Below are positions 19,366 through 28,193 of a DNA stretch of 43,792 nt, piece by piece (within the stretch, counting starts at the first letter, position 1; every line of letters starts with the position of its first letter). The stretch is from a virus (Duplodnaviria > Caudoviricetes), in the IMG/VR virus record IMGVR_UViG_3300032257_000029, positions 1 to 43,792 of that record; one strand, given 5' to 3'. The position numbers and the translations under genes are program-made. The notes under the pieces are model-generated. The model worked only from the letters and a program-made list of their open reading frames with translations. It was not told the DNA's origin and made no database searches.

Positions 19366-20948
19366 TATGAAATCCTTTTTATATATGCTAGTTTAACGTA
19401 TGGAGGTATATTAGCATTAGTAACACTTACACCCTCTGTGCTTGTGCTAAAGTTCTTTGTATTAACAGTAATTGTATGACCATGAGCACCTCCTGCTCCA
19501 GTAGTTACTATCCCATAGTTTGTTATACTTGAAGCCGCATAGTCATATGCACCACCTACTACAGGTGAACCACCTGCATATTTAGAGTGAGAGTGATTAG
19601 ACACAGAGCTAGAACTAGCTGTATGGTTGTGGTTTGCTGTATGCGAGTGAGAAGGAATAATAGCATCTGCTGAACCCCCCGTAGTACCTATGTCTAGTTC
19701 TGTTGCTGTACCAAAGATAAATTGGTCAACTAGGTTAGGTGTACCACCTGTCCCATCACATAATGCCCAGTTTGCAGGAATGTTAGCTACTAAACCATCA
19801 TACATTATAATTCCACCGATAGGGGTAGTACCTACCGCATCTAATACAGCTTGACGTAAGGGGTCAGTAGTTACGTCTAAAATAGAAGCTCTCAATGGAT
19901 TAGAGGTAACATCATTAATTGCTACTGTATCTCCTGCCACTGTATTAACATCTAGTACATTAGTAGACACCGTATTAACGCTTACTATGTTAGTGGATAC
20001 TGTATTAATACTTGCAGTATCAGTAGCCACCGTATTAATATTAGCCGTATTATCAGCTACTATAACTACTTCTGCACTAATGGCAGCTACATCAGCCACA
20101 TCTTGGGTTATCATATCAGACCACTGTGCTACACCACCTAAACTGATTAGGAACTGATTATCTTTACCTGTTTGGTCAGGTAGGGTATATGTTACCATAG
20201 CCTCGGCCCCATTAGTACCGTATAACCATGCTATATCACCTACAGCAGGAGTAGCAGGTAAATTAAGTGGGTCATCTGTTACAGTAATATTAGGGTATTC
20301 CACTACAGATAAAGCATTAAAAGCAAAGAAACTAATTACTTCACCTGTCGTTACTGTAGTACCTGTAAATGTAATTGTACCTGCTGATGAGTCAGTAGTA
20401 TAATCAATATCACGAGTTTTAAAGCTACCATCTACATAAATATTAATTGCTGTACCTGTGAATCCATTAGGGATAACATAAGTTGCCGTACCTGTAACAG
20501 CATTAATATCACCTGTATTAGTAACTCCATCCATAGTTAAAGGGATATTTTTCCATAAAAGGTCTGTATCATTCCATACATAAAATAGACTTACCCCTTG
20601 GTCCCAGTAGCTTTCACCACCTGAAAGTTGTATATTCTCAGCTAGAATGAAAGCCTCTACAGCAGCTCTATCTGCAAATGTACCTAAATAAAAACTACGT
20701 AATTCAGCTAAAATAGCTTCTATTTCGTTTGTATTATCTGTAATAAGTACATCTGATTCTGCCTTTGTATATCTATCATCTAGTCCCTCACCGATAGACT
20801 CAGTAGGGCTATAAGGAATACCACTAGCTTGTACAGGGCTACCTACAAAAGTAGCCCCATTCCTAGTTTGTGTAACCGAGTCAGTTGTATCTAATACTAT
20901 ATCCTCTAATACAATCTTCTGTTTGTCTAAAACTATTTCATCAGCCAT
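19365..20948 (-). CDS. tail fibre protein with collar domain and HxH tip
   Basis: PIGGIIMY...WALCDG..GTPNL..F collar; HSH/HNH/HSH/HGH; PPYVKLAYIKR end; 10-aa INTV repeats. Confidence 0.88.
   Translation of the reverse strand: MADEIVLDKQKIVLEDIVLDTTDSVTQTRNGATFVGSPVQASGIPYSPTESIGEGLDDRYTKAESDVLITDNTNEIEAILAELRSFYLGTFADRAAVEAFILAENIQLSGGESYWDQGVSLFYVWNDTDLLWKNIPLTMDGVTNTGDINAVTGTATYVIPNGFTGTAINIYVDGSFKTRDIDYTTDSSAGTITFTGTTVTTGEVISFFAFNALSVVEYPNITVTDDPLNLPATPAVGDIAWLYGTNGAEAMVTYTLPDQTGKDNQFLISLGGVAQWSDMITQDVADVAAISAEVVIVADNTANINTVATDTASINTVSTNIVSVNTVSTNVLDVNTVAGDTVAINDVTSNPLRASILDVTTDPLRQAVLDAVGTTPIGGIIMYDGLVANIPANWALCDGTGGTPNLVDQFIFGTATELDIGTTGGSADAIIPSHSHTANHNHTASSSSVSNHSHSKYAGGSPVVGGAYDYAASSITNYGIVTTGAGGAHGHTITVNTKNFSTSTEGVSVTNANIPPYVKLAYIKRIS
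19910..20070 (-). repeat. degenerate 30-nt (10-aa) tandem repeat in fibre shaft
   Basis: INTVATDTAS / INTVSTNIVS / VNTVSTNVLD / VNTVAGDTVA / INDV. Confidence 0.8.
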
Positions 20949-20957
20949 CTAGGTCTC

Positions 20958-21200
20958 CTATGCAGGTAAGCGATTAATAATATAATCAAGGGCATCAGCT
21001 ACTGTCTTAATCTCTACAGGAGAAGAAATATTAGAGCCATTAGCTTCACTATATTGGTAAGGAAAAGTATCCCCATTTACTCTACTAATTTCGATATTTC
21101 TACCATTACGTACTTGAGTAGTAGTACCAAAACCTAATTCCATATCTTCTTTACCTAGTAACTGTTTTACTAGGATTACTTCTTCTGTACTATCAGCCAT
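20958..21200 (-). CDS. stand-alone paralogue of tail-fibre N-terminal anchor domain
   Basis: Aligns by eye with first ~60 aa of the fibre (MAD, KQ, ED, TQxRNG, PY, LD). Confidence 0.7.
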   Translation of the reverse strand: MADSTEEVILVKQLLGKEDMELGFGTTTQVRNGRNIEISRVNGDTFPYQYSEANGSNISSPVEIKTVADALDYIINRLPA

Positions 21201-22179
21201 TTGCTATTCCTCTATATGATGTTGTTCTCTGTGATTGTACAGAGTTAAATGCTCCTGAACTAAGGTCAGATGCTGTACTTACTTCTCTATTGTAGTACCC
21301 TAAAAACTTGTCACTTCTTCTTTCATTACCTGCATCATTGTCGTCTGCTAACGCTACACCTATAGTATAATATACCATAGCATCATACCATAAATCAGGT
21401 ATTAATAGTCTATCATCTACTGAATTTAATCTCTCAGGAGTTGAGTTATAATATATAGTTACATATTGTTCTTGCGTTAAAGCAGAGGTAACTACTCCAT
21501 ATACAGAATCTATATCATGTAGATTAGACCCTGTAACTACTCCATATACATCACTCTCAGCAGGGTCAATAGCTACTGTTGTGTTACCTACTACTATACC
21601 TTCTGCTTGACTTACTCCCACTGAAGCAGAGGCTGTATATAGAAATAAGCCCCCGTATACAGCAGGTAAAATACTTTCTGTAATAGATATCCCACCACTT
21701 GTAACACCTGTAACTACATTAAATATATAAGGGGTTTGGATAGTAGAAGATACTCCAAACACTGTGGTTAATACTAGATTAGATAGATTAGCATCTGGAC
21801 CTACTACAATCTCTTGAATATTAGGTACTTCTTCAGGAGTAGGGTATAATTCGATTAGCCCCATACCTAATTTATCTGTAAGAGCTGTGAAGCTCCCATT
21901 GTATCTTTCTTTGGTATCAATTTTATCTCTAGTAGATACTGTTATTACTGCATCTTGATGTTCTAATCTAGTTACTTGCATAGAATCAGCAGGCAATTCA
22001 TATATTCTACGCCCATTGACTAGCTGTAGAATATGCTGTCTCTTTAATAATTTAGCTTGTTTACAGATGTCTCTCTGCCCACTACCTACAATAGATAGAA
22101 GCCTAGTATCTGTCCATCCTGAGGAGGCCACATCACCTAAAGAACTTCTAGCTTCTGTAATTACTTCTAATGCTGTCAT
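21193..22179 (-). CDS. head-to-tail adaptor/connector protein with internal insertion
   Basis: MTALEVITEARSSLGD...WTDTRLL...YELPAD and C-terminal IPDLWYDAMVYY helices typical of podovirus adaptors. Confidence 0.75.
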   Translation of the reverse strand: MTALEVITEARSSLGDVASSGWTDTRLLSIVGSGQRDICKQAKLLKRQHILQLVNGRRIYELPADSMQVTRLEHQDAVITVSTRDKIDTKERYNGSFTALTDKLGMGLIELYPTPEEVPNIQEIVVGPDANLSNLVLTTVFGVSSTIQTPYIFNVVTGVTSGGISITESILPAVYGGLFLYTASASVGVSQAEGIVVGNTTVAIDPAESDVYGVVTGSNLHDIDSVYGVVTSALTQEQYVTIYYNSTPERLNSVDDRLLIPDLWYDAMVYYTIGVALADDNDAGNERRSDKFLGYYNREVSTASDLSSGAFNSVQSQRTTSYRGIANG

Positions 22180-22189
22180 ACTTCCTCCT

Positions 22190-22229
22190 TAATAAATAGG
22201 GGAGGTCCCCGAAGGGAACTCGCTATTTA
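22190..22229 (-). terminator. UUCG-capped hairpin after capsid genes (terminator/stabiliser)
   Basis: Minus strand TAAATAGCGAGTTCCC-TTCG-GGGACCTCCCCTATTTATT. Confidence 0.7.
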
Positions 22230-22300
22230 CTAGCTTTAGCAGGCTTTTTCTTTCCTGCTGATGTTTTAGGGTCTTTTTCTGTTCCTACATATACTGCCAT
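22223..22300 (-). CDS. 25-aa Lys-rich peptide MAVYVGTEKDPKTSAGKKKPAKASK, not in ORF track
   Basis: AGGAGA SD at good spacing, fills space between decoration gene and hairpin. Confidence 0.65.
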   Translation of the reverse strand: MAVYVGTEKDPKTSAGKKKPAKASK

Positions 22301-22312
22301 AATAGTCTCCTA

Positions 22313-22765
22313 TTATGCCAAGTAAGAGCCAGTATCACGATTATAATCGTTATACTCAACAAGAACTTTAAAGATACCTACTTCATCATTAGTAGCCGCA
22401 CCTGTAAGGGTTGGTGTAATGACAACATCTGTATTAGTAGTAATCCACATAGGAGCTGCAAGAGTTCCATTAGAGGCACCAACTGTAGTAATATCTACTG
22501 CCGCATCTAAAGTAGTAGCACCAATCTTTACAGCGGCTGTAGCTGAAGTCGCATTCGTATACGCCTCTGTAACAAGATATTTGATAGCAGTTACTAAGAT
22601 ATTCGATGGCAGTGTAGCCATTGTATAATCAGTAGCAGTTAAAACCACCTCTTTAGGCTCTGAGCGATATGCTTCAGTTAAAAGAGAGGGAAGGGACATA
22701 GTACCAGAGTTCGTCTCGCGACGCTCTGTATTTTTATAACGTGTCTTTAGGTCTGTGATAGCCAT
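22313..22765 (-). CDS. capsid decoration/cement protein
   Basis: 150 aa Thr/Ala-rich beta protein directly after MCP; AAGGAGG SD. Confidence 0.7.
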   Translation of the reverse strand: MAITDLKTRYKNTERRETNSGTMSLPSLLTEAYRSEPKEVVLTATDYTMATLPSNILVTAIKYLVTEAYTNATSATAAVKIGATTLDAAVDITTVGASNGTLAAPMWITTNTDVVITPTLTGAATNDEVGIFKVLVEYNDYNRDTGSYLA

Positions 22766-22776
22766 TGACTACCTCC

Positions 22777-23946
22777 TTACGCAATTGTACGATTATAGAC
22801 TTCTACGGATACAACACCGTAATCCATATTCGCCACTTTAGCTTCTTTATAGTCATGTACTTCAGCTTTAAGGTTAGTCTTTTGAACATTACCCCACCAC
22901 TCTAGTACAGACTCAGAAGTCTTACCGAAATCGTCACTTGATTGGAAACCATAATCAGGGTCCATACCAATACCTTGTTGGAAAGCACCTTGGCCTAATA
23001 CCATACAACGTGAAGCAACTTTTTTACCTGTAGCACCGAATGTAGCTTCTCCTGTAAAGAACCCGTCTTCATCAACGTTTCTCATACCTTGAATCTCTAC
23101 AGAATCTTCGCCTAGCTCATTACCATCTAATTCTCCAAAATATGAAGGAGCTTCAACGATTAGCCAGTTACCTACACGACCTACTTGACCTGATAGTAGC
23201 ATATTGTCACGACCACGTACATCTGCATCTTTTACGATTGTCTGAAATTCAGAGTCACGAAATAGTTGATTCTTAGCAATAGTATCTACCATTAGAATCC
23301 ATACAGGTTGCTCGCCTTCAAATGAAATAGGCTTAAGAGGTCTACGTTTACCGCCTGAAGTATAGCCATTACCTGTCTTAATAGTTTCTTCTAGATCTAG
23401 AAGGAATGAATAAGTTAAAGTATCTGTAGCTAGTAAAGCACCAATATTAGCTCTATCATTAGGGCGAATAACATGTGTAGGACCTTCAGCTCTTAGGAAA
23501 CCTTGACCTGCATCAAAAAACATTTGGTCTTCTGAACGTACCCACATATCAGATAATAGTGAACGTGAATTACCATGCTCTGTAATAGATAAGTCACCAA
23601 TGTTCTTACCTTTGAATTTAGACCCATTAGAAATAGGATAACGTAATTCTTCTGCTGTAATTTTGTCGCTGAACTTTTGTTTAGCTCCGCCTTTACCATA
23701 AGCTTTCTCGTCACCTCTAACTGCTGAAGTACTATAGTTACCATCGAAATCGAAGATAATAGTGTGTCCCTCTGCCGCATTCTTTTGTTGTTTCTGATAG
23801 ATAACCGAGTCAATTGATGAACCTTTATACGCTGACCAAAATGAATTAGAAGCTGACTGAACTAGTCCTTCTTTCATCCACCCATTACGTACTAATTGAC
23901 TAGAGGCATCTAAAGAAGCTGTATCACTTTTAGGTTGAACTGCCAT
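22777..23946 (-). CDS. major capsid protein (N4-gp56/DUF4043-like)
   Basis: 389 aa after scaffold; GHTIIF...VRGDEKAYG, RGRDNMLLSGQVG, CMVLGQGA, DYGV motifs. Confidence 0.88.
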   Translation of the reverse strand: MAVQPKSDTASLDASSQLVRNGWMKEGLVQSASNSFWSAYKGSSIDSVIYQKQQKNAAEGHTIIFDFDGNYSTSAVRGDEKAYGKGGAKQKFSDKITAEELRYPISNGSKFKGKNIGDLSITEHGNSRSLLSDMWVRSEDQMFFDAGQGFLRAEGPTHVIRPNDRANIGALLATDTLTYSFLLDLEETIKTGNGYTSGGKRRPLKPISFEGEQPVWILMVDTIAKNQLFRDSEFQTIVKDADVRGRDNMLLSGQVGRVGNWLIVEAPSYFGELDGNELGEDSVEIQGMRNVDEDGFFTGEATFGATGKKVASRCMVLGQGAFQQGIGMDPDYGFQSSDDFGKTSESVLEWWGNVQKTNLKAEVHDYKEAKVANMDYGVVSVEVYNRTIA

Positions 23947-23956
23947 TTATATGTCC

Positions 23957-24664
23957 TTATATAATAGTATCTGACTGGGCTATATCTACATATTTCCCTG
24001 TCTCTGTTGTTGGTTTACCCTTACTATGAGGGGTATCACCGCCTGTTACCTTGTTTAGGTCTGTTTGGTCTAGTGTCTCCTGAGTAGGTAACGCTTTCCC
24101 TTTAGCTAAATAGCTATCGACTTCTGCAAGGAATTCTTCGAACGTAACTTCATTGTTAGCTAACTTATTGCTAATACGTGGAGGCACATCATTCATAATT
24201 ACTTCGTCAGTAATAGGAACTTCACGACCTGTATTAAACTGAGTAAGTACATCTACTCTACGTTCTAACTCGTAGCTTTCTCCAGCTTTAGCTCTTGCTT
24301 CAGCTCCTATGTCAGGCTTCTTAGACTCTAGAGCGTCTAATTCTGCCTTCCATGCATCAGGGTCTGTATACTTAAGAGCCTTTAATCTCTCAGCTTCCTC
24401 ATCAGAGATAGGAGCTTTTACGTGACCCTTAAGGACCTCGTTCTCAGCTTCTAGTTCTCTAGTGCGTTGGCTAGCTTTAGTATAGCTTGACTGTGTAGAG
24501 CGAAACTTGTGTTCTGCTCTAGCTACGTCTGCAACATGTTCAGACACTCCCTCAGGCAAGACTAGTTTAGAAGTCTCCTGAGCCTTAAGTATCTCATTCA
24601 CCTGTTCCGAAACAGTGGGTGCATCTGTAGTTGCTGTTTCGGTATTCTCTGTCGTAGTTGACAT
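23957..24664 (-). CDS. scaffolding protein
   Basis: Acidic, helical/coiled-coil protein immediately before MCP. Confidence 0.7.
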   Translation of the reverse strand: MSTTTENTETATTDAPTVSEQVNEILKAQETSKLVLPEGVSEHVADVARAEHKFRSTQSSYTKASQRTRELEAENEVLKGHVKAPISDEEAERLKALKYTDPDAWKAELDALESKKPDIGAEARAKAGESYELERRVDVLTQFNTGREVPITDEVIMNDVPPRISNKLANNEVTFEEFLAEVDSYLAKGKALPTQETLDQTDLNKVTGGDTPHSKGKPTTETGKYVDIAQSDTII

Positions 24665-24711
24665 AGTTAGTACCTTTAATATTAATATTGGTATTTAACA
24701 TACCTTCATCT

Positions 24712-24732
24712 ATTATACCCAACCAACCTTAA
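24712..24732 (-). promoter_or_regulatory. promoter of virion operon
   Basis: Minus strand TTAAG-N10-TATAAT. Confidence 0.7.
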
Positions 24733-24738
24733 TCATTA

Positions 24739-24760
24739 TTTAAGATTAGTCTGTTATAAT
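24739..24760 (+). promoter_or_regulatory. promoter of RHH-terS-terL operon
   Basis: TTTAAG-N10-TATAAT with extended TGn. Confidence 0.7.
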
Positions 24761-24800
24761 TATATAACATCAGTCTTACATATATAAAGGAGTTGACAGG

Positions 24801-24974
24801 ATGGCGAAATCACTAATAAAGACTTACTCTATGTCAGCACATGAAGAGGAACTATATCAGGAGTTCAAAACTATATGCGAGAATAGTAAGCCCAAGAGGT
24901 CTATGTCTCTAGAGATAACAGAGTTCATGGCTAAGTTTGTACAGAAACATAAGGAGAGACAGGATGGAAGATAG
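24801..24974 (+). CDS. ribbon-helix-helix (Arc/CopG-like) DNA-binding protein, 57 aa, not in ORF track
   Basis: MAKSLIKTYSMSAHEEELYQEFKTICENSKPKRSMSLEITEFMAKFV: strand-helix-turn-SMS-helix; AAGGAG SD. Confidence 0.7.
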   Translation: MAKSLIKTYSMSAHEEELYQEFKTICENSKPKRSMSLEITEFMAKFVQKHKERQDGR

Positions 24975-25476
24975 AAAAGTAAAAGTACTAGCTATGCTTG
25001 CTACAGGTGACTATAACCCTAGACAAGTATCAGAAAAACTAGATATTCCTTACGGAACAGTCCTTAAATGGAGAAAAGAGCATAAGGATGAAGAGGAAAA
25101 TAGGAAAGTACAAGAGGTAGCCGAGCTTAGCCCTGTAGCACTTCAAGTTGTAGTAGATAATATCAAAAATAATGAACCTGAGGGTTCTATAGTTGGGGAG
25201 CAAGCACAAGATATTGTAGATGGTGTTGATGGACTCCAAAAACTAAATAGTTCATTTCATGGTATTTGTCTAAAACTAATCACTAAAGCAGAGACTATAC
25301 TAGAAAAAGAAGACCTAAAGACGGCAGAGTGGGTACAGGTAAGTAACGCTATTGGTGGCCTATATAACAACATCTTTAATAGTAATAAAGGTGCTACAAT
25401 CAATATGATGCAAAACAATGCCTCAGGAGAAGCTAGTACTAGTAAACTATCTATGTTTAAAGGGTCTATGAAATGA
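24964..25476 (+). CDS. terS: terminase small subunit (likely start MEDRKVK)
   Basis: N-terminal HTH (NPRQVSEKLDIPYGTVLKW), helical oligomerisation region, directly before terL; AAGGAG SD. Confidence 0.72.
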   Translation: MEDRKVKVLAMLATGDYNPRQVSEKLDIPYGTVLKWRKEHKDEEENRKVQEVAELSPVALQVVVDNIKNNEPEGSIVGEQAQDIVDGVDGLQKLNSSFHGICLKLITKAETILEKEDLKTAEWVQVSNAIGGLYNNIFNSNKGATINMMQNNASGEASTSKLSMFKGSMK

Positions 25477-27098
25477 AAGACTCAAAGTGGTCATTAGACA
25501 TTACACCCGACCAATATGATGCTATATATCGTGGTATCTCAGGTATGGCAGACCAAAAGGTATTATTCCATAGTGAAGCTACTACAGATGAAGAGTATAT
25601 AATGACATATCTGACTAGTAAACTGTGGAGAATGAATAAAATCTACACTATTATTAATAAAGTAGGTGATAAATGTATTTTCCGCATGAACCTAGCTCAG
25701 CATGTAAAGTATGCACAACAGCTCAGGCATCCTCGTGTAATGGTACTCAAGTCTCGTCAGCGGGGTATTAGTACAGGAACACTAGTAGACTATAATGATG
25801 ATGCACTGTTTATAGACAGTTTAACTGTTGGTATGCAGTCATATGGACTAGAAGAGTCTAGTGCGTTACTCGAAAAACTAACAGTTATATGGGAAAACTT
25901 TGATGAAGGCATTAAAGACTTCTTAGGCCTCGGATTAGTAAAGAATAATACTAAGAGTATGGCCTATAGTAATGGGTCAGAGGTAAAGGTACAGACTTCA
26001 TTCCGTGGGTCTACACTACACAGACTGCACGTATCAGAGCTAGGTAAAATCGCCAATAAAGACCCCAAAAAAGCTAAAGAGTTAAAGTCAGGTACACTAC
26101 AAGCTATTAAAGCAGGTATGCCTGTAACAATCGAGAGTACTGCAGAGGGCCAACACAATGCATTCCACGAGTGGTGGACAGATGCCGTAGATATTGTAGG
26201 TGAGAGGTCACTAAAAGACTTCCACCCACTATTCCTATCATGGGTAGATGACCCCGACTGTCAAATGGTAGGAGTATCTCAACTAGTATCGGCTTCTGAC
26301 AAGGACGAGATAACTGTTATACAGGAAGAGTATGGTGAATACGCAGGTATTGAAGACTTTAGATTGAGTGAGGAGCAAATCCAATGGTTCGTAGCTCAAA
26401 GACGTGAGTTAGATGTAGATTTTTATCAAGAATACCCTCACACACCTGAGAGTGCCTTTAATGCAGTTCATGATGGTACATACTATGCTAGATTGTGGCG
26501 TGAGAGAGGCCATGTAGTTAGTGATGGACTGTATGACTCTGCACTAGACACGCATATAGCTATGGACCTCGGTATGAACGACATGATGTGTCTAGTCTTC
26601 TTTCAGATTCATGGTCGTGAACTAAGAATAGTGGATGAGTACCATAATTTCGGTGAAGGCTTGGAACACTATGCAGACTTAATCAAAGGTAAGGGGTATA
26701 ATATAGGTAGCTTGATTTTACCTCATGATGCCAAAGTAAAAGAACTAACTACAGGAATGACTAGAGTGGCTCGTCTGCGTGAACTAGGGTTTAGGAATAT
26801 TAGGGTCTTGAAGAGAACTAGCTCGGTGCAAACGGATATTGAGCAGGTTAGGAAAGCTATTCCTTTTATGTGGATAGACGCTACAACTTGTGGGTACCTT
26901 TTGAGGATGATAGGTCGCTACTCTAAGAAGTGGGATGATGCTCTCGGTACGTTTAAAGAGAAGCCTCTTCATGATGAGTGGTCTAATCCTGCTGATGCCC
27001 TTCGTTATGTCATTATGTCTAATATGTTTGATATAGGGCCTGAGAAGGTTAAGAAAAAGAAGGCCCGTAGTGTGGGTCGAACGTCTATAGCCCTTTGA
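25473..27098 (+). CDS. terL: terminase large subunit
   Basis: LKSRQRGIST Walker A, LHVSE Walker B, ESTAEG motif III, nuclease MDLG...PHDA...HDEWSNPADALRY. Confidence 0.95.
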   Translation: MKDSKWSLDITPDQYDAIYRGISGMADQKVLFHSEATTDEEYIMTYLTSKLWRMNKIYTIINKVGDKCIFRMNLAQHVKYAQQLRHPRVMVLKSRQRGISTGTLVDYNDDALFIDSLTVGMQSYGLEESSALLEKLTVIWENFDEGIKDFLGLGLVKNNTKSMAYSNGSEVKVQTSFRGSTLHRLHVSELGKIANKDPKKAKELKSGTLQAIKAGMPVTIESTAEGQHNAFHEWWTDAVDIVGERSLKDFHPLFLSWVDDPDCQMVGVSQLVSASDKDEITVIQEEYGEYAGIEDFRLSEEQIQWFVAQRRELDVDFYQEYPHTPESAFNAVHDGTYYARLWRERGHVVSDGLYDSALDTHIAMDLGMNDMMCLVFFQIHGRELRIVDEYHNFGEGLEHYADLIKGKGYNIGSLILPHDAKVKELTTGMTRVARLRELGFRNIRVLKRTSSVQTDIEQVRKAIPFMWIDATTCGYLLRMIGRYSKKWDDALGTFKEKPLHDEWSNPADALRYVIMSNMFDIGPEKVKKKKARSVGRTSIAL

Positions 27099-27104
27099 GG
27101 GGCT
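27089..27104 (+). terminator. short GC-rich hairpin at terL stop
   Basis: AGCCCT-TTGA-GGGGCT; no clear U tract. Confidence 0.35.
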
Positions 27105-27246
27105 GATAGTACCTTTTAGGTGAAAAAAATTTTTTTGGTGGTTAAGTGTAATTAAGGCTTATTAGGGATTAAAAATTTGGTATCTGTTTCTAGTGCCTGT
27201 TGGGCCGCCCGACTGCTTGACCTTGAACCCTTGCCCCTTCGAGGTT

Positions 27247-27310
27247 TATAATGAATGTTATTATCAATATCAACCTACAAGGCCTAATATAGCCTAATAA
27301 TCATTATCAA
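27247..27310. promoter_or_regulatory. pair of Fur-box-like sites upstream of first early promoter
   Basis: TGAATGT-T-ATTATCA (27252-27266) and TAATAAT-C-ATTATCA (27295-27309) versus 7-1-7 consensus TGATAAT-n-ATTATCA. Confidence 0.6.
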
Positions 27311-27318
27311 CACACCAT

Positions 27319-27392
27319 ACCTAATAGACCTAATATATACTATAGTCATTACATTGTCACAGTACTTCAGGAAACTATAAGGTCTATTAGGT
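27319..27392. repeat. 13-bp inverted repeat within CCTAATA array
   Basis: ACCTAATAGACCT (27319-27331) / AGGTCTATTAGGT (27380-27392). Confidence 0.75.
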
Positions 27393-27398
27393 TATAAT
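27376..27398 (+). promoter_or_regulatory. early promoter
   Basis: TATAAG-N11-TATAAT, followed by AAGGAAAGG SD and ORF. Confidence 0.65.
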
Positions 27399-27427
27399 AT
27401 TACATATCAAGAAGGAAAGGCTATCTA

Positions 27428-27619
27428 ATGAATACAGGCTCAGGAACTTACTTATTTAGAAAAGGTAACTATATAGTTAAAAGGCAATTTGGTATCTATA
27501 GAGTATATCATTCAATAACAGGCCTATTTATAGGTCAGGCACCTACACAGCGTAAAGCCCGTAATATGATTAGAAACGTGTTACTAGGTAAACCTGCAAC
27601 TATAGAAGGTAGAGAATAA
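27428..27619 (+). CDS. small basic early protein
   Basis: ORF with SD after promoter. Confidence 0.7.
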   Translation: MNTGSGTYLFRKGNYIVKRQFGIYRVYHSITGLFIGQAPTQRKARNMIRNVLLGKPATIEGRE

Positions 27620-27620
27620 A

Positions 27621-27707
27621 ATGAAGCGTATCAGACTAACTAGAACTACCTACGGGTGGGTATATAAAAACAAAATAATACTAAGGATTGAAAAATGCGT
27701 AAAATAA
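27621..27707 (+). CDS. possible 28-aa peptide (MKRIRLTRTTYGWVYKNKIILRIEKCVK)
   Basis: ATG 1 nt after previous stop, bridges gap; weak SD. Confidence 0.35.
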   Translation: MKRIRLTRTTYGWVYKNKIILRIEKCVK

Positions 27708-28012
27708 CTAGAGAGGCCGTTCAGGCGTTTATATGTAATGATGAGTTTAAGAAGGCTAACACAGAGGTAACAACTAATGATGCCTATGAGACAGTATTAA
27801 AGCTACATGGTCACACTATAGCTAAAAAGAGCAATGGCCTAATGATATCTAATTGTGGCTACACTACTAACACCACTAAAGAGAGATTAAATGGCCTATT
27901 AGTGGAGTGTGGGTCAGGGCATATTTATCAAAAGAATTGGGTGTGGTATTATGTCAATTCACAAGGGTATGAGATAGAAATGCCCTATGATAAGTTTATA
28001 GAGGCTTACTGA
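27695..28012 (+). CDS. conserved-looking phage early protein
   Basis: MRKI...LHGHTIA...TTNTTKERLNGLL...IYQKNWVWY pattern recalled from uncharacterised phage proteins; AAGGA SD. Confidence 0.75.
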   Translation: MRKITREAVQAFICNDEFKKANTEVTTNDAYETVLKLHGHTIAKKSNGLMISNCGYTTNTTKERLNGLLVECGSGHIYQKNWVWYYVNSQGYEIEMPYDKFIEAY

Positions 28013-28030
28013 TTATTTTTTAATCAGTAA
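28006..28030. repeat. perfect 10-bp inverted repeat at gene end
   Basis: TTACTGATTA-TTTTT-TAATCAGTAA. Confidence 0.75.
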
Positions 28031-28193
28031 TACCTAAAATGCCTGAAAAACGTGAAAAAACCATGGGGTTTGCGTTTCTTAGGAGTCAAGAAAATACCGC
28101 TATTAATTCTCCCCCCTAAGTTTAAATTCAACAAATCGAGAGCATAATAACCTTAAAATAAAATTAAGGCAAAATTGGCCCTGTTGAGGTCTA

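Noticed and set aside
19365-20948. Diversity-generating retroelement or invertible fibre tip
   Set aside because: No reverse transcriptase, recombinase or template/variable repeat pair seen
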